A model generated the notes under the pieces. That model saw nothing but the letters and a program-made list of their open reading frames with translations, did no database searches and was not told where the DNA came from. From contig NIVC01001779.1 in NCBI GenBank assembly GCA_002269645.1, positions 62,001 to 126,000 of the forward strand: a DNA stretch of 64,000 bases, given 5' to 3'. How positions within the stretch are numbered: the first letter of the stretch is position 1; each line of letters opens with the position of its first letter. This document shows, in pieces, positions 62,830 through 64,000 of this stretch. The position numbers and the translations under genes are program-made. The stretch comes from Macrostomum lignano (taxonomy: Eukaryota).

Positions 62830-64000
62830 TCTACTGACAAACATTAGGCTATGATCTATACCCTCCACTGACAATCATTAGGCTTCCATACCCTCCACTG
62901 AATATCATTAGGCTTCCATACCCTCCACCGACAATCATTAGCCTTCCATACCCTCCACCGACAATCATTAGGCTTCCATACCCTCCACTGACAATCATTA
63001 GGCTTCCATACCCTCCACTGACAAATATAGGCTTCTGTACCCTCCACTGACAATCATTAGGCTTCCATACCCTCCACTGACAATCATTAGGCTTCTATAC
63101 CCTCCATTGACAATCATTACGCTTCCATACCCTCCATCGACAATCATTAGGCTTCTGTACCCTCCACTGACAATCATTAGGCTTCTGTACCCTCCACCGA
63201 CAATCATTAGGCTTCCATACCCTCCACTGACAATCATTAGGCTTCCATACCCTCCACTGACAATCATTAGGCTTCCATACCCTCTACCGACAATCATTAG
63301 GCTTCCATACCCTCCACTGACAAATATAGGCTTCTGTACCCTCCACTGACAATCATTAGGCTTCCATACCCTCCACTGACAATCTAGGCTTCTGTACCCT
63401 CCACTGACAATCATTAGGCTTCTGTACCCTCCACCGACAATCATTAGGCTTCTATACCCTCCATTGACAATCATTAGGCTTCCATACCCTCCACTGAGAA
63501 TCATTAGGCTTCCATACCCTCCACTGACAATCATCAGGCTTCCATACCCTCCACTGACAAATATAGGCTTATGTACCCTCCACTGACAATCATTAGGCTT
63601 CCATACCCTCCACTGACAATCATTAGGCTTCTGTACCCTCCACCGACAATCATTAGGCTTCCATACCCTCCACTGACAATCATTAGGCTTCCATACCCTC
63701 CACAGACAATCATTAGGCTTCTGTACCCTCCACTGACAATCATTAGGCTTCTGTACCCTCCACCGACAATCATTAGGCTTCCATACCCTCCACCGACAAT
63801 CATTAGGCTTCCATACCCTCCACTGACAATCATTAGGCTTCTGTACCCTCCACCGACAATCATTAGGCTTCTATACCCTTAGCTGACAATCTGGTGGCTT
63901 GTATGCCCTTCGCTGACAATCTGGTGTCTTCTACGAGTATATCCTCTACTGACAATCATTAGGCTTCCATACCCTCCACTGACAATCATTTGGCTTCTAT
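62830..64000. repeat. 30-bp minisatellite (TGACAATCATTAGGCTTCCATACCCTCCAC), intronic, runs off the right edge
   Basis: Tandem units; this explains the MIVSGGYGSL ORFs. Confidence 0.96.

Overview
Eukaryotic (animal, invertebrate) genomic window with spliced GT-AG genes, short introns and many long introns filled by tandem arrays. The style suggests a free-living flatworm such as Macrostomum, but that is inference and cannot be confirmed here. Gene models supported by splice-phase consistency are: a partial unknown gene (1399-3314); two tandem intronless NDUFA4/COXFA4(B12D)-family microproteins; a 6-exon non-alpha Cys-loop (nAChR-like) subunit; SMIM20 (MITRAC7/phoenixin precursor); a GPI-type Ly6/three-finger protein; syntaxin-18; SLC25A20 (carnitine/acylcarnitine carrier); POLD4; an unusually long class III eIF4E with a ~500-aa Q/P/H-rich and acidic N-terminal extension; a metzincin of the YIL108W/PF12044 type; and the last exon of an EF-hand protein gene. 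Broken genes include a C-type lectin-PAN gene and a fibrinogen-domain relic. Mobile DNA includes an internally deleted irritans-type mariner with perfect TIRs, three tRNA-headed CORE-like SINE copies, a Mutator/Foldback-like element with modular 14-bp TIRs, and transposase relics. A ~9.5-kb AT-rich, strongly CpG-depleted domain (about 34.9-44.5 kb) holds short palindrome arrays and decayed TEs. The strongest leads are the prion-like eIF4E3, the Foldback element and its link to giant inverted 14-bp satellite arrays, and the CpG-decay domain. All coordinates, counts and alignments were done by eye, with no database searches.
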